A DNA stretch of 64,000 nucleotides from Alphaproteobacteria bacterium. Its GTDB lineage: Bacteria; Pseudomonadota; Alphaproteobacteria; Rs-D84. Numbering within the stretch: the stretch's first letter is position 1; each line of letters starts with the position of its first letter. This document shows, in pieces, positions 8,816 to 18,569 of the stretch. Location of the stretch: the NCBI GenBank assembly GCA_015062525.1, contig SUUM01000002.1, positions 82,964 through 146,963 of the forward strand, written 5' to 3'. A program made the translations under genes and the position numbers. Below the pieces are notes generated by a model. It had not been told where the DNA came from. It made no database searches and saw only the letters and a list, made by a program, of their open reading frames with translations.

Positions 8816-9337
8816 ATGAACGCGGATACAATTATTCGATTACTAACAAATTCTGGGTTTCACAACGTGCGTGTGGACCCCGATTTTGTATATATGGAAG
8901 ATCCGTCTTGTATCCTGCGCAGTTTTGAAACATTTGCACACTATGCCTGGGTTGCGATTGTTGTGCTGACGGGATTAATGCTGACCGGTTGGGCGATATC
9001 AATGATACGCGGTGCAAAAAATGATTTCTTTACCAATCTGCGCAATTTAATAATTATATTTGGTGTTCTATCAATTGCCAAGCCTATGATGAATATAATC
9101 TATGGCGACGATTTATTTGCGCACGGTTGTCGTACAATTACGGTTCCCATGACGGAAATGAATCGATTGCTGGATGCGCGAAATGCAAAATTAAAATCGC
9201 GTGATGAATATGATTTGTACGAAGATTTTAATATCTATGATTCCGGTGCAACATACAATGACACGCCAATTCATGAAGTTCCATATTCAGATGCGCCATC
9301 AACATCGGCGGGCGAACCCGCAGATTTAAAACTTTAG
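8816..9337 (+). CDS. Membrane protein, hypothetical
   Basis: Two hydrophobic helices (YAWVAIVVLTGLMLTGWAI and LIIIFGVLSIA). Confidence 0.45.
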   Translation: MNADTIIRLLTNSGFHNVRVDPDFVYMEDPSCILRSFETFAHYAWVAIVVLTGLMLTGWAISMIRGAKNDFFTNLRNLIIIFGVLSIAKPMMNIIYGDDLFAHGCRTITVPMTEMNRLLDARNAKLKSRDEYDLYEDFNIYDSGATYNDTPIHEVPYSDAPSTSAGEPADLKL

Positions 9338-9970
9338 TGATTTATTGTGCAACCAAGGCGACGCTTTATACGAATGCATAACACCATTAGATGCCAACAC
9401 CAAATGGTCAACCAGGGTAATATTTAATGGTGCCAAAGCCTGTCTAACATGTTCGGTCAGGTTGCAATCATCAAGTGAAAAACTGTTATCTGATATGGGA
9501 TGATTATGCAACAGCAATACACTTAACGCATTCAGTTCTAAGGCTTTCTTGGTAATTTCGCGTGGATATGCACCCGTTTGATTTATTGTTCCCTTGGTAT
9601 GTTCTTCTGTGTATATCAATCGCATATTGTCGCCCATATACAGTACAAAAAATTTCTCGACAGGTTCTTTTGCGACCAGATTGCGACAAAATTCATACAT
9701 ATATTTTTCATCATGCAAATAGTTGCCCGATTTTGCGTGTTGTTCATACGCCACCAATTCCAGTTCGTGAAACAGTTTAATAAGAATCGCTGTGTTCTTG
9801 CCAATACCTGGTACCATGGTCAATTCTTCGACAGGTGCCCGCAATACAAAATATATTCCCTGAAAGTGGTTAATTAACCTGCGTGCCAATGGCTTAACAT
9901 CGCGACGCGGTATTGCATAGGTCAACAATAATTCCAATTTTTCATAGTCTGCCAATTGGCCGTTCAGCAA
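9326..9970 (-). CDS. radC: RadC-family (JAB/MPN) protein
   Basis: LLLHNHPISD motif (HNHPSG-type) and an N-terminal ELLLTYAIPRRDV...L.NHFQG helix-hairpin region. Confidence 0.8.
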   Translation of the reverse strand: MLNGQLADYEKLELLLTYAIPRRDVKPLARRLINHFQGIYFVLRAPVEELTMVPGIGKNTAILIKLFHELELVAYEQHAKSGNYLHDEKYMYEFCRNLVAKEPVEKFFVLYMGDNMRLIYTEEHTKGTINQTGAYPREITKKALELNALSVLLLHNHPISDNSFSLDDCNLTEHVRQALAPLNITLVDHLVLASNGVMHSYKASPWLHNKSLKF

Positions 9971-10035
9971 CTTTTCTTTTTATCTTTCGCGGTGTCCCGC
10001 ATGAAACAGTTCGTCTGGCTTTGGCATATTGAATA

Positions 10036-10797
10036 TCAGACCATTTTTTCAGTAAAAATAATTGCACCATCTTCGGTAATACCGATTGTGTGTTCCCATT
10101 GTGCGGACAGACCACCATCCACCGTGCGTGCGGTCCAACCGTCCGCATCGATCTTGCATTCGGCAGATCCCGTATTAATCATCGGTTCAATCGTGAATAC
10201 CAAACCCGGGACCATTTTCACCTTGTCCCAGCGTTTATCATAGAAATGATAAATCTGTGGGTCATCATGCATAACTTTGCCAATACCATGCCCAACAAAA
10301 TCGCGCGATATTGAAAATCCGTGTGGTTTGACAACCGCCTCAATCGTCTTGCCGATTTCGGACAACGGCACACCCGGCGCACAGATTGAAATTGCTGCAT
10401 TTAATGCGTCCTGACAAACCTGAACCAGTTTTCGTGCCTGGGGGCTGACGTTGCCAATCATAAACATACGCGACGCGTCGCCATGAAACCCCTTGTACTC
10501 GGCCGTTAAATCAACATTAACAATATCGCCGTCTTTTAATATTACCTCATCACTTGGTATGCCATGTACAATAACATCATTGACAGATGTGCAAATATGC
10601 TTTGGATATCCCTGATACCCCAAATCAGACGAACGCGCCCCATTTTCTTTCAGAAATTGCGCAACCATGCGGTCAATTTCACCGGTTGAAATTCCGGCCC
10701 GAATATATGGTGAAATAAAATCAAAACAGCGTGCCACAACGTCGCCCGCCGCGCGCAGTCTTTTGAAATCCTTGGGTGCGTACACAGATGCCAACAT
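10036..10797 (-). CDS. map: Methionine aminopeptidase type I
   Basis: KVMHDDPQIYHFYD, FTIEPMIN and HGIGK motifs; 253 aa. Confidence 0.9.
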   Translation of the reverse strand: MLASVYAPKDFKRLRAAGDVVARCFDFISPYIRAGISTGEIDRMVAQFLKENGARSSDLGYQGYPKHICTSVNDVIVHGIPSDEVILKDGDIVNVDLTAEYKGFHGDASRMFMIGNVSPQARKLVQVCQDALNAAISICAPGVPLSEIGKTIEAVVKPHGFSISRDFVGHGIGKVMHDDPQIYHFYDKRWDKVKMVPGLVFTIEPMINTGSAECKIDADGWTARTVDGGLSAQWEHTIGITEDGAIIFTEKMV

Positions 10798-10803
10798 AGT
10801 TTA

Positions 10804-11793
10804 TCAGTTCCTTCTTTTTATTGCCAATTTTGCCGCACGCGCACACAGTTTTAATGCAAAGTCGCGCAATAAAACCTCGCCCGGCATGCCGGTTGTGCGC
10901 AGTTGGCGTTCCAATTCATTTAATCGGACCAGAACGGCGGTAATTTCCGCGTCTGGCCATATTTTTATTGCCTGTTTGAATTTATCTTCTACTTTCCAGA
11001 ACAGCCGTGGCAACTGTCCATCCACAACCGCGGTTTGCAGTTTTTTGAAATGCCCATCCAGCATACGGACCAGCATATTGGGTTCCTTGTTGTCGTACAG
11101 CAGTCTGTCCAACGCCTGCATAGTCTGTTGAATATGTCCCGCCGTCAAGGAATACAGAAAATCATCCAAATCCGCCGCCCCTGTATCCGGCAGACATTTT
11201 TCCACATCTGACAATTCTACAATTCGTTTGTCGTCAACATACAGCGCAATCTTGGTCAAAAATCCACGTGTAATCCCGCGGTCCCCCCCAAGGTGCGATG
11301 TCATATACGCCATGGCATCCGGTGTAATTTGTTGAATCCCCGCCGCGGCTGACAGTTCATTGCGAATTAATGTGGCAAGTGTTCGTGCATCATCGGTATA
11401 GCACGCCAATGCCGCCATATCATCCGCACCTTCGAACAGGGAACGCAATCCACCCCCCGCACGCAAATCGCCACCGGCAACAATTACCGTTGCGCACAGC
11501 CCAGAATGACCGACCAAATCTGCAACTTGTTTTGCGCATGCGTCACCTGCGTTGGAAATAATTACCATTTTGCGCCCACCGAACATAGATGGTGTACATG
11601 CCTCGGCAAACAGGGCGTCTTGCTTTTCGCGCAGTTCGTCAGAATCTAATGCAAACAGGTTGTCTTTTTCTATCCCCAGTTTTTTGACCGCTAAATCACA
11701 GTATTCATCAACCTGACCGGCGTCGGGTCCATAAATCAGCACAGCGCGGATTGTATCAATACCATTCTTAAAATCAGCATCCTTCCACTTCAT
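10804..11793 (-). CDS. holA: DNA polymerase III delta subunit
   Basis: N-terminal AVLIYGPDAGQVDEY; ~330 aa; lies immediately downstream of lptE in the conserved lptE-holA arrangement. Confidence 0.75.
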   Translation of the reverse strand: MKWKDADFKNGIDTIRAVLIYGPDAGQVDEYCDLAVKKLGIEKDNLFALDSDELREKQDALFAEACTPSMFGGRKMVIISNAGDACAKQVADLVGHSGLCATVIVAGGDLRAGGGLRSLFEGADDMAALACYTDDARTLATLIRNELSAAAGIQQITPDAMAYMTSHLGGDRGITRGFLTKIALYVDDKRIVELSDVEKCLPDTGAADLDDFLYSLTAGHIQQTMQALDRLLYDNKEPNMLVRMLDGHFKKLQTAVVDGQLPRLFWKVEDKFKQAIKIWPDAEITAVLVRLNELERQLRTTGMPGEVLLRDFALKLCARAAKLAIKRRN

Positions 11794-12281
11794 TATTTTG
11801 CGTCCGTACCCGTGTCAGCGTGTGAATATTTATATGTTTCTGCGATTGTGCGCGTACCAATCTTTTCGGCCAAAACGTTAATAGTATTTTTCACCGCATT
11901 ATTGTACGACGCATTTGACGCAACCAAATATCGCACAAAAGTGTACGATTCCGCCGCGTGTTCTGTACCGGTTGCAATTTGTTCACCGTTATGCGTCAAT
12001 GTGTATGTCGCGGTCAAAGACACCTCTTGCCAGGTTGCATCCCCGGTTTGTTCTAATGCCTTGTATTGAGTGTTCGGTTCGCTTAGTTCAACGGTTAATT
12101 TATATGTTGCATCTGCGCCGTGCTGACCGCCAAATTTTGCCCATAACGCGTTGCGCAGTTCAATGCCGTTAATTCCACTAATGGGTTCCACGTATATATC
12201 CGTATCTTGTCCTGAAAACATAGGCTTGAAACCACATGCCGATACAGCAACCAAAACAACCAGTAATAAAATTTTTTTCAT
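11793..12281 (-). CDS. lptE: LPS-assembly lipoprotein LptE-like
   Basis: Lipoprotein signal with lipobox (LVAVSACG); ~160 aa; stop overlaps the holA start. Confidence 0.55.
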   Translation of the reverse strand: MKKILLLVVLVAVSACGFKPMFSGQDTDIYVEPISGINGIELRNALWAKFGGQHGADATYKLTVELSEPNTQYKALEQTGDATWQEVSLTATYTLTHNGEQIATGTEHAAESYTFVRYLVASNASYNNAVKNTINVLAEKIGTRTIAETYKYSHADTGTDAK

Positions 12282-12348
12282 GACCCAACCATTTCCTGTT
12301 GCAATTTATTTGTATATTACCTAGACTTTTCATAAATCGCAAGGGGGA

Positions 12349-13590
12349 ATGATGAATATTTTTATCATGATTTTGGTGGCGCTGTTTATGGCGGGATACT
12401 ATCTGATGGATTCGCCCAGTCAAACTGTTGCCAAACATGAAACGGAATATGCCGTGTCTCGTTCTGACTTGCGTACTGTGGCCCAGTGTGCAACCGCTTT
12501 ACACAATGCCCAGATTAATGGCACAGAATTTAACGATATTTGTATTGAACAAAATGGTCTGGTCAGTGAATTTATCTGCCTGGACAATAAATTAAAAATC
12601 ACCAACTGTGAAATTGTTAAAAATAAAAAGCCGGCATTTAGTTATATCATTACTGCAACCCATCCAATTGACGTCAACGACCATAATGCAATGATGGAGG
12701 TGCTTGAAACTCATTACGCCGATGCCGGGACATTTGGATTGCTAAATGATGGTATGATAATGTCTGGTGGGACATCCTTGCGTCGTCAAATCCCTGCGGA
12801 AATTGTCAAAAATATGGAATTGGTGGACGGGCAATTGGTGTATTTAACCCAGTATGAAATCCCAGATGCGGGAACTGTTTATGATATTGCACCGACCCCT
12901 GACGTAATTTGTCCCGTTGGCACGGCCAAGGCATATCGTTTCGGTCGCTGGCAATGTGTGGGCTATAACACCAAAACAGATTGTGGTGGTGATATGATAT
13001 GGGATTCTGATTTATACGAATGTGTAGCGGACGAATCTCGCAAACCCCTGTGTGCAGATGCCCAGACGGCGGTTATGGTGGACAGTGTTTGGGAATGTAT
13101 TGACCCATTTCCCGATAAAATTTGTCCGGACAAAATGGTTGCGCGCCTGAATTATAATACGTTGGAATGGGAATGTGTGATGGACCCGTCTGCAACCACA
13201 AATGCTAAAAAGTGTACACATATAACATCCGGTGCGGTCTATGGTGCATTGGGTGCAACGTTGCGTGTTCCGCAAACTTCTTGTACGGACTGTGAACGTA
13301 TGGTTGTTGACAATGACACATGTACAGCAACCTGTGTACCGGACCCGGCGCGCTTGAACGATACGCGTTGTTATCCGGGCGTTGCCACCGAATGCAGCGG
13401 TCCAACACGTGCATTTTATTTTGGATTTCCATCGTCTGGTTACATTGAATCGGTCGAAGCGGTGGCGAATGTTTCGGTTCCATTGGGCAAATCATATGCC
13501 CAGAATCGTCGTTTTAATTGCCTGGATTGTGGTGCGGGCGAAATAGACGCGTCGCGTTCCATGCCACCATACGTTGCTGTGTGTAAATAA
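12349..13590 (+). CDS. Cysteine-rich secreted or membrane-anchored repeat protein
   Basis: N-terminal TM/signal, ~30 Cys, and recurring W(E/Q)C(V/I) motifs (RWQCVG, LYECVAD, VWECIDP, LEWECVMDP). Confidence 0.55.
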   Translation: MMNIFIMILVALFMAGYYLMDSPSQTVAKHETEYAVSRSDLRTVAQCATALHNAQINGTEFNDICIEQNGLVSEFICLDNKLKITNCEIVKNKKPAFSYIITATHPIDVNDHNAMMEVLETHYADAGTFGLLNDGMIMSGGTSLRRQIPAEIVKNMELVDGQLVYLTQYEIPDAGTVYDIAPTPDVICPVGTAKAYRFGRWQCVGYNTKTDCGGDMIWDSDLYECVADESRKPLCADAQTAVMVDSVWECIDPFPDKICPDKMVARLNYNTLEWECVMDPSATTNAKKCTHITSGAVYGALGATLRVPQTSCTDCERMVVDNDTCTATCVPDPARLNDTRCYPGVATECSGPTRAFYFGFPSSGYIESVEAVANVSVPLGKSYAQNRRFNCLDCGAGEIDASRSMPPYVAVCK

Positions 13591-13658
13591 CGCAATAAAG
13601 TCTATTGACAATATTCGGTAAAATTTATTAATCTATGATTAAGCGGGGGAACGTTCAT

Positions 13659-14351
13659 ATGACAAAACACTTTCACGGCGCACTTAATCGCATGACTTTA
13701 TTTACCACAATATTGATTGTGGGTGTGCTGTATTTCTGGGCTGATTTTATGGCGATTTCGATTGCGAATATTTGGTTGAACGGAATAATTATTGGCACGA
13801 CTTTGTTTGGTATTGGACTGTGTTTTGTTTTGATGTTTGGTCTGTTGCCTGAATATAAATGGTTGCATGGGTACACAACTGGTCGTCGCGGATTAAAATT
13901 ACCGCCGGTTTTATTGCGCCCGGTTGCCCAAATGTTGTCATCACGTCCAAAGCGTATATCGGCGACAACCCTGAACGGTTTTATGGAAATGATTTTATTA
14001 AGATTCGAAGATTCGCGTGAATCGGTCCGCTATATCACAAACACATTAATTTTTCTGGGACTGTTGGGAACATTCTGGGGATTGATTTTGACGGTTGGTG
14101 GATTTGCAGAATTAATCGGCAACCTGAATTTTTCTGATGAAACCGTTTTGCAGTCTATGCAGGCGGGGCTGTCCCGTCCATTGGCGGGCATGGCGACCGC
14201 GTTCACCAGTTCTTTGCTTGGCCTGGGGGGCAGTTTGACGGTTGGATTCCTGGGGTTACAGGTTCAGACCGCCCAGAATATGATTTATCACGAACTGGAA
14301 GATTACCTGGCATCACACACACGCATTGCCACCCCGGATTCGGAAAGATAG
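13659..14351 (+). CDS. MotA/TolQ/ExbB-family proton-channel protein
   Basis: LGLLGTFWGLILTVGG core helix and TM topology typical of the family. Start placed after a GGGGGA RBS; the ORF itself begins at 13635. Confidence 0.7.
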   Translation: MTKHFHGALNRMTLFTTILIVGVLYFWADFMAISIANIWLNGIIIGTTLFGIGLCFVLMFGLLPEYKWLHGYTTGRRGLKLPPVLLRPVAQMLSSRPKRISATTLNGFMEMILLRFEDSRESVRYITNTLIFLGLLGTFWGLILTVGGFAELIGNLNFSDETVLQSMQAGLSRPLAGMATAFTSSLLGLGGSLTVGFLGLQVQTAQNMIYHELEDYLASHTRIATPDSER

Positions 14352-14379
14352 AATTACAAGAAAGAGAGAGAGCGTTATC

Positions 14380-15492
14380 ATGATGAACATTCGTTATCGT
14401 ACATCAACAAACCCATGGCCTGGATTCGTAGATTTGTTTTCGAATCTGGTAATCATTCTGATATTTTTAATGATTGTGTTTGTTTTTCTGTGGACAACGA
14501 CCAGTGTGTTTAACAAAACAACGGGTGCCAAAACCGTTGCTGAATTAAAGGCGACAAACGCAGAACAGGCCGAAACAATTGCCCAAATGACCATGGACGA
14601 GGCCGAAGCCAAACGTCTGTTAATTCTTGCACGCAACCAACTGGAAATCCTGGAAAAATCTAATGCGGACCTAAATAATGAATTAAACGAAGTTGATTTA
14701 AGTGTGTCCGAACTTATCACCGCGTACGAGGCCAAGGTACTTGAATTACAGGCCCAGGGCAACGACCTGCAAAAAATGGTGGCGGACCTGAATACGCAAT
14801 TAAATCAGGCGAACCTGGACAAAGAAAAAACTGCGGCCCTGGAACAGGAACGCAAGTTGCTTCAGGACGAAATGGAATCCCAGCGTATAAAGCTGTCTGA
14901 ACAATTGGCGAAATTACAGGCGGCCCTGGATGCGTCCGAAGAAAAATCCCGCGCCCAGGAAATTCAGTATGTTGAAATGTCAACGCGCCTGAATCGCGCC
15001 CTTGCGGACAAGGTTGCAGAATTAAAAGACATGTCCCAGTATCAGTCTGAATTTTACAAGGCTGTAAAAATCGCAATTGGGGACCGCACAACAATTCACA
15101 GCGATGGCGACCGCTTTGTCGTCAACAGCGACATTTTGTTCCCAAGTGGTTCGTATAAATTATCGGCGGACGGCAAACGCCAATTACACCTGATTGCAAA
15201 TGTGATTAAAGATATGGAAGAAAAAATCCCAACCGATGTTAATTGGATTATTCGCGTTGACGGTCATACTGATAAAAAACAGGTTATATCTGGCACGGCG
15301 GGCTATAAAAACAATACTGAATTGTCCCTGTTGCGTGCAACGGCGGTTGCAAATGAATTGGCAAATGCAGGTGTGTCGCCACGTCGCCTGGTCCCCAGTG
15401 GCTTTGGCGATATGCATCCGGTGGAACTGGGCAACGACCCGGCGGCATTACAAAAAAATCGTCGCATAGAATTACAACTAACCAATCAATAA
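14380..15492 (+). CDS. MotB/OmpA-like protein with a long central coiled coil
   Basis: N-terminal TM WPGFVDLFSNLVIILIFLMIVFV. The C-terminal OmpA_C-like domain reads FPSGSYKLS...LLRATAVANEL...NRRIELQL. The ~230 aa between them is heptad-rich. Confidence 0.7.
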   Translation: MMNIRYRTSTNPWPGFVDLFSNLVIILIFLMIVFVFLWTTTSVFNKTTGAKTVAELKATNAEQAETIAQMTMDEAEAKRLLILARNQLEILEKSNADLNNELNEVDLSVSELITAYEAKVLELQAQGNDLQKMVADLNTQLNQANLDKEKTAALEQERKLLQDEMESQRIKLSEQLAKLQAALDASEEKSRAQEIQYVEMSTRLNRALADKVAELKDMSQYQSEFYKAVKIAIGDRTTIHSDGDRFVVNSDILFPSGSYKLSADGKRQLHLIANVIKDMEEKIPTDVNWIIRVDGHTDKKQVISGTAGYKNNTELSLLRATAVANELANAGVSPRRLVPSGFGDMHPVELGNDPAALQKNRRIELQLTNQ

Positions 15493-15516
15493 AAACACCC
15501 GCCACTGGCGGGTTTT
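15490..15516 (+). terminator. Intrinsic terminator (acacccgccactggcgggtttttc)
   Basis: Stem-loop plus T-run 3' of the MotB-like gene. Confidence 0.55.
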
Positions 15517-15527
15517 TCTTTTTTATG

Positions 15528-16025
15528 CTATTCAGTTATTGCATCATTGGTTGCGTCGCCTGATTTCGTCGTGTGGTCGTTAATATTTGTGCCACAGTTT
15601 TTCTGTATCATATCTGCCACATGAATGCTTTGCGCCCAGTCGCGCGCACTTGGCACCGCGCATGGGTCGCAGTCCACGCGAATTTGCCCCACATGGCACG
15701 TAAAGGCAACGTCCTGACATATGCCATATGTACGCGTTGTGATAACCTGGTTTAAATAATTTTCTGCAATTGTCCAGTACTTTTCTGGGACGGCACCCGG
15801 GTCGTATGCCCACATGCGCGCCACCATATCTCGGGTACGCTGAACACATGGGTCGGAATCTTTGACGTGAATCACATTGGTTGATACATTATTTTCCGGA
15901 TTGGGGTTATTATTTTTTATCATTACCCATGCAATTATCGCTATGCTAAATCCGACAACCAGAAACAGTAAAATATAGTGCGCTATACTGAATGCACTGG
16001 TATTTGTTTTGAATTTCTTTGCCAT
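15528..16025 (-). CDS. Membrane-anchored hypothetical protein
   Basis: Start at MAKKFKT after an AGGGG RBS; single TM (ILLFLVVGFSIAIIAWVMI); Cys-containing periplasmic part. Confidence 0.45.
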   Translation of the reverse strand: MAKKFKTNTSAFSIAHYILLFLVVGFSIAIIAWVMIKNNNPNPENNVSTNVIHVKDSDPCVQRTRDMVARMWAYDPGAVPEKYWTIAENYLNQVITTRTYGICQDVAFTCHVGQIRVDCDPCAVPSARDWAQSIHVADMIQKNCGTNINDHTTKSGDATNDAITE

Positions 16026-16165
16026 ATTGTGCCCCTGTCTTTTTTTTAATTTTATCACAGCTGCCCACGGCAAAATACGGATTTATATTCCCAGAATTTA
16101 TTGCAAAAGAAATTTTTTTGCGATAACATAACGCGAGTTTGAATTTCAGCCAAAAGGGGGATGCC

Positions 16166-17050
16166 ATGTTTGTAAGCGAAAAATTAAAAACATTCTCTTG
16201 GATAAATGTTGGCAATCCCGACCACGAAGATTTTGAAAAACTGCAAACCCAGTACAAGATTGACGAAGATACAATATCCGACATTTTGGACCCAGACGAA
16301 CAGCCACGCCTTGAAATCGAAGATGATTACAAGGTTATAATTGTCCGCTTTCCAATTATCAACCGTGAAACCGATACCCTGTGGCATACGGAACCGTTAT
16401 CGATTATTCTGTCGTCAAACCGCGTTATAACGGTCTGTCGCAAACGTTGTGATTTGCTGGATAAAATTAAAAAGTCGGAAAAAACATCGCGCGAAGAATT
16501 TATATTAAACATTTTGTACTATATCGCGGAATCATACCTGCGCATGTTAAAGGAATTAAACAAACGCGTTATCGCGTCCAAGCGTGTATTGCTGGAACGC
16601 ATCCGCAAAAAAGAATTACTTGATTTATTAGAGGTTGAAAACAGTTATACCCTGTACATGGCGGGCATACGTGGTAATGTTGCTGTGCTGGATAAATTGG
16701 AAAAGGTTCGCGGTTTTGTTAAAACAGACGAAGCCCAAGAACTGGCCGAAGATGCCCGCATTGAATTGGCCCAGGCGACCGAGGTTGTTGCATCATACAG
16801 TAAAATGTTAAAATCGATTAAAGAAACATTCGAAAGTGTTATTAACATGGATTCGAATACAAACATTAATCGTTTGACCATATGGAATATTTTATTAGTG
16901 ATACCGACGGTAATTGTTGGCTATTACGGCATGAATGTCCAATTGCCATTTGCCGAACATGATGATATTGCCCTGGCTATATTTATGTTTATTATGGTAT
17001 TACTGTTGGGGTTTGCGATATTCAGCGCAATCCGTCGTCGCATTGTGTAA
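16166..17050 (+). CDS. corA: CorA-family Mg2+/Co2+ transporter
   Basis: YYGMNVQLPF (GMN motif) followed by two C-terminal TM helices. Start placed after a GGGGGA RBS. Confidence 0.75.
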   Translation: MFVSEKLKTFSWINVGNPDHEDFEKLQTQYKIDEDTISDILDPDEQPRLEIEDDYKVIIVRFPIINRETDTLWHTEPLSIILSSNRVITVCRKRCDLLDKIKKSEKTSREEFILNILYYIAESYLRMLKELNKRVIASKRVLLERIRKKELLDLLEVENSYTLYMAGIRGNVAVLDKLEKVRGFVKTDEAQELAEDARIELAQATEVVASYSKMLKSIKETFESVINMDSNTNINRLTIWNILLVIPTVIVGYYGMNVQLPFAEHDDIALAIFMFIMVLLLGFAIFSAIRRRIV

Positions 17051-17254
17051 TTGCTGTGGTTGCGTATTGTGCAGTTCCAACGGACATTCGGTCATGGCAA
17101 TAAACATAATTTTTTGATATGTCGTTAATGACACCCAACCTGTGGTTATTTTATGATATTCTAATTCGGTTTCAATTGCCAAAATGTCGCACATTTTAAA
17201 AACAGGTATCCCCAGTTTTTGCCTGGTTGCCTCTATCTGATGTCCAATTCGCAT
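17000..17254 (-). CDS. Small hypothetical protein
   Basis: ORF only. Confidence 0.25.
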   Translation of the reverse strand: MRIGHQIEATRQKLGIPVFKMCDILAIETELEYHKITTGWVSLTTYQKIMFIAMTECPLELHNTQPQQLHNATTDCAEYRKPQQ

Positions 17255-17500
17255 GCTGTCCCCATTTGTTCACGTAAAACAAAAACCGCGATTGAGAATC
17301 AAAAGCGGTTGGAGTTTAAGCACAATTTAAACGAAATTGCGGGCTTATTCAATATATTCACCACACTCCAACCATCAGTTGGAGGTTTATCGTCTTTTCA
17401 GACGCGTTTAAATGGGTGCTTAATCCCAGTACTGGAAAATCCCCAGTACCCATACATTATACGATATCTAAAACACAATTTCAAATGCTTCGATAAATAA

Positions 17501-17950
17501 AAGTTTAGTTAAGATATTAATTTTTAGAAATTAAGCACCATTACCTGCCCCCGTCGGGCCCCGAAAAATTCAGATGAATTTTTTGGGTGACTTTGTGGGG
17601 CGGGACAGTTTTACTTGACCCGCCATGCGGGTCTTTAGTAAAACTTGGGTGGGGGCAAACATCGCATACGATAACACCAGAACAGAATACATAAAATCCC
17701 AGGGCTATAAACTAATCCGTATTCCCAATACATATTTGACCCGCACAGGAATAGATGAAGTTGTTCATACTTTGCACAGGTGCATACAAGATAATCTGGA
17801 TGTGCATAATTATTTTGTGCCTCGATATAACTAACACCCCCCACCCCGGAATTCCAACGCCAATAAATTGTCGGGAATTCCGCCCGCCCCACACACAGGG
17901 GGCAGGTAATGGTGCTTAATTTCTAAAAATTAATATCTCTGTTAAACTTT
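17501..17950. mobile_element. MITE-like non-autonomous element with 52-bp terminal inverted repeats
   Basis: 17501-17552 equals the reverse complement of 17898-17950 at 48/52 positions. Four mismatches cluster near the outer ends and the inner 39 bp are perfect. The interior contains further hairpins and no transposase-sized ORF. Confidence 0.7.
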
Positions 17951-17959
17951 TGTTTAGCG

Positions 17960-18200
17960 GGGTAAATGGGGGATTTTTAATTAAAGCGCAAAGAGCAATG
18001 AGCAAAGAGCAATTAATATTAAGACTTGTCATTCCTGCGTAGGCAGGAATAGGGTCTAGGAAGTTAATTTGGCGCACGCTGTGCGCGATTTCAAGTCCCT
18101 ATCCCCGCCTGCGCGGGGATGACAAAAATCATAGATTTTTGTAAAAACTAATGACTGATGACCGATGACTAATGACTGATGCCCAATATAAACATTGATT
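17960..18200. repeat. Cluster of short tandem repeats and GC-rich palindromes
   Basis: gcaaagagcaatgagcaaagagcaa; hairpins cattcctgcgtaggcaggaatag and atccccgcctgcgcggggat; and aatgactgatg-type 11-mers repeated ~4x (18150-18182). Confidence 0.55.
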
Positions 18201-18209
18201 TATATTGGA

Positions 18210-18569
18210 TTACAGTACAATCAAACATATCCACAATACAACGACAGATATTATTGTTAACATAACAACCGCGCTGCCGATATCTTTTACACGTCCCGAC
18301 ATTGGATTATATTCTGCCCCAATTCTATCAATGACGGTTTCTAACGCTGTGTTAATCAATTCAGCCAAGATTATAAAAGTCAGCGAAAACAACATGATAA
18401 TACGGTGTAATGTTGGGACGTCGATAAAAAATTGTAATGCGATACCGCCAACACATAACATTAAATCCTGTCGAAATGCGGCCTCGGTCTTGAAAGTGCT
18501 TACCAACCCATTCCACGAGTATCCAAATGCCCTAAGAATACGTTTGATACCGGTGTGTTCAGATTTCAT
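18210..18569 (-). CDS. dgkA: Diacylglycerol kinase
   Basis: ILRAFGYSWNGL...FRQD... and three TM helices typical of DgkA; 119 aa. Confidence 0.8.
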   Translation of the reverse strand: MKSEHTGIKRILRAFGYSWNGLVSTFKTEAAFRQDLMLCVGGIALQFFIDVPTLHRIIMLFSLTFIILAELINTALETVIDRIGAEYNPMSGRVKDIGSAVVMLTIISVVVLWICLIVL

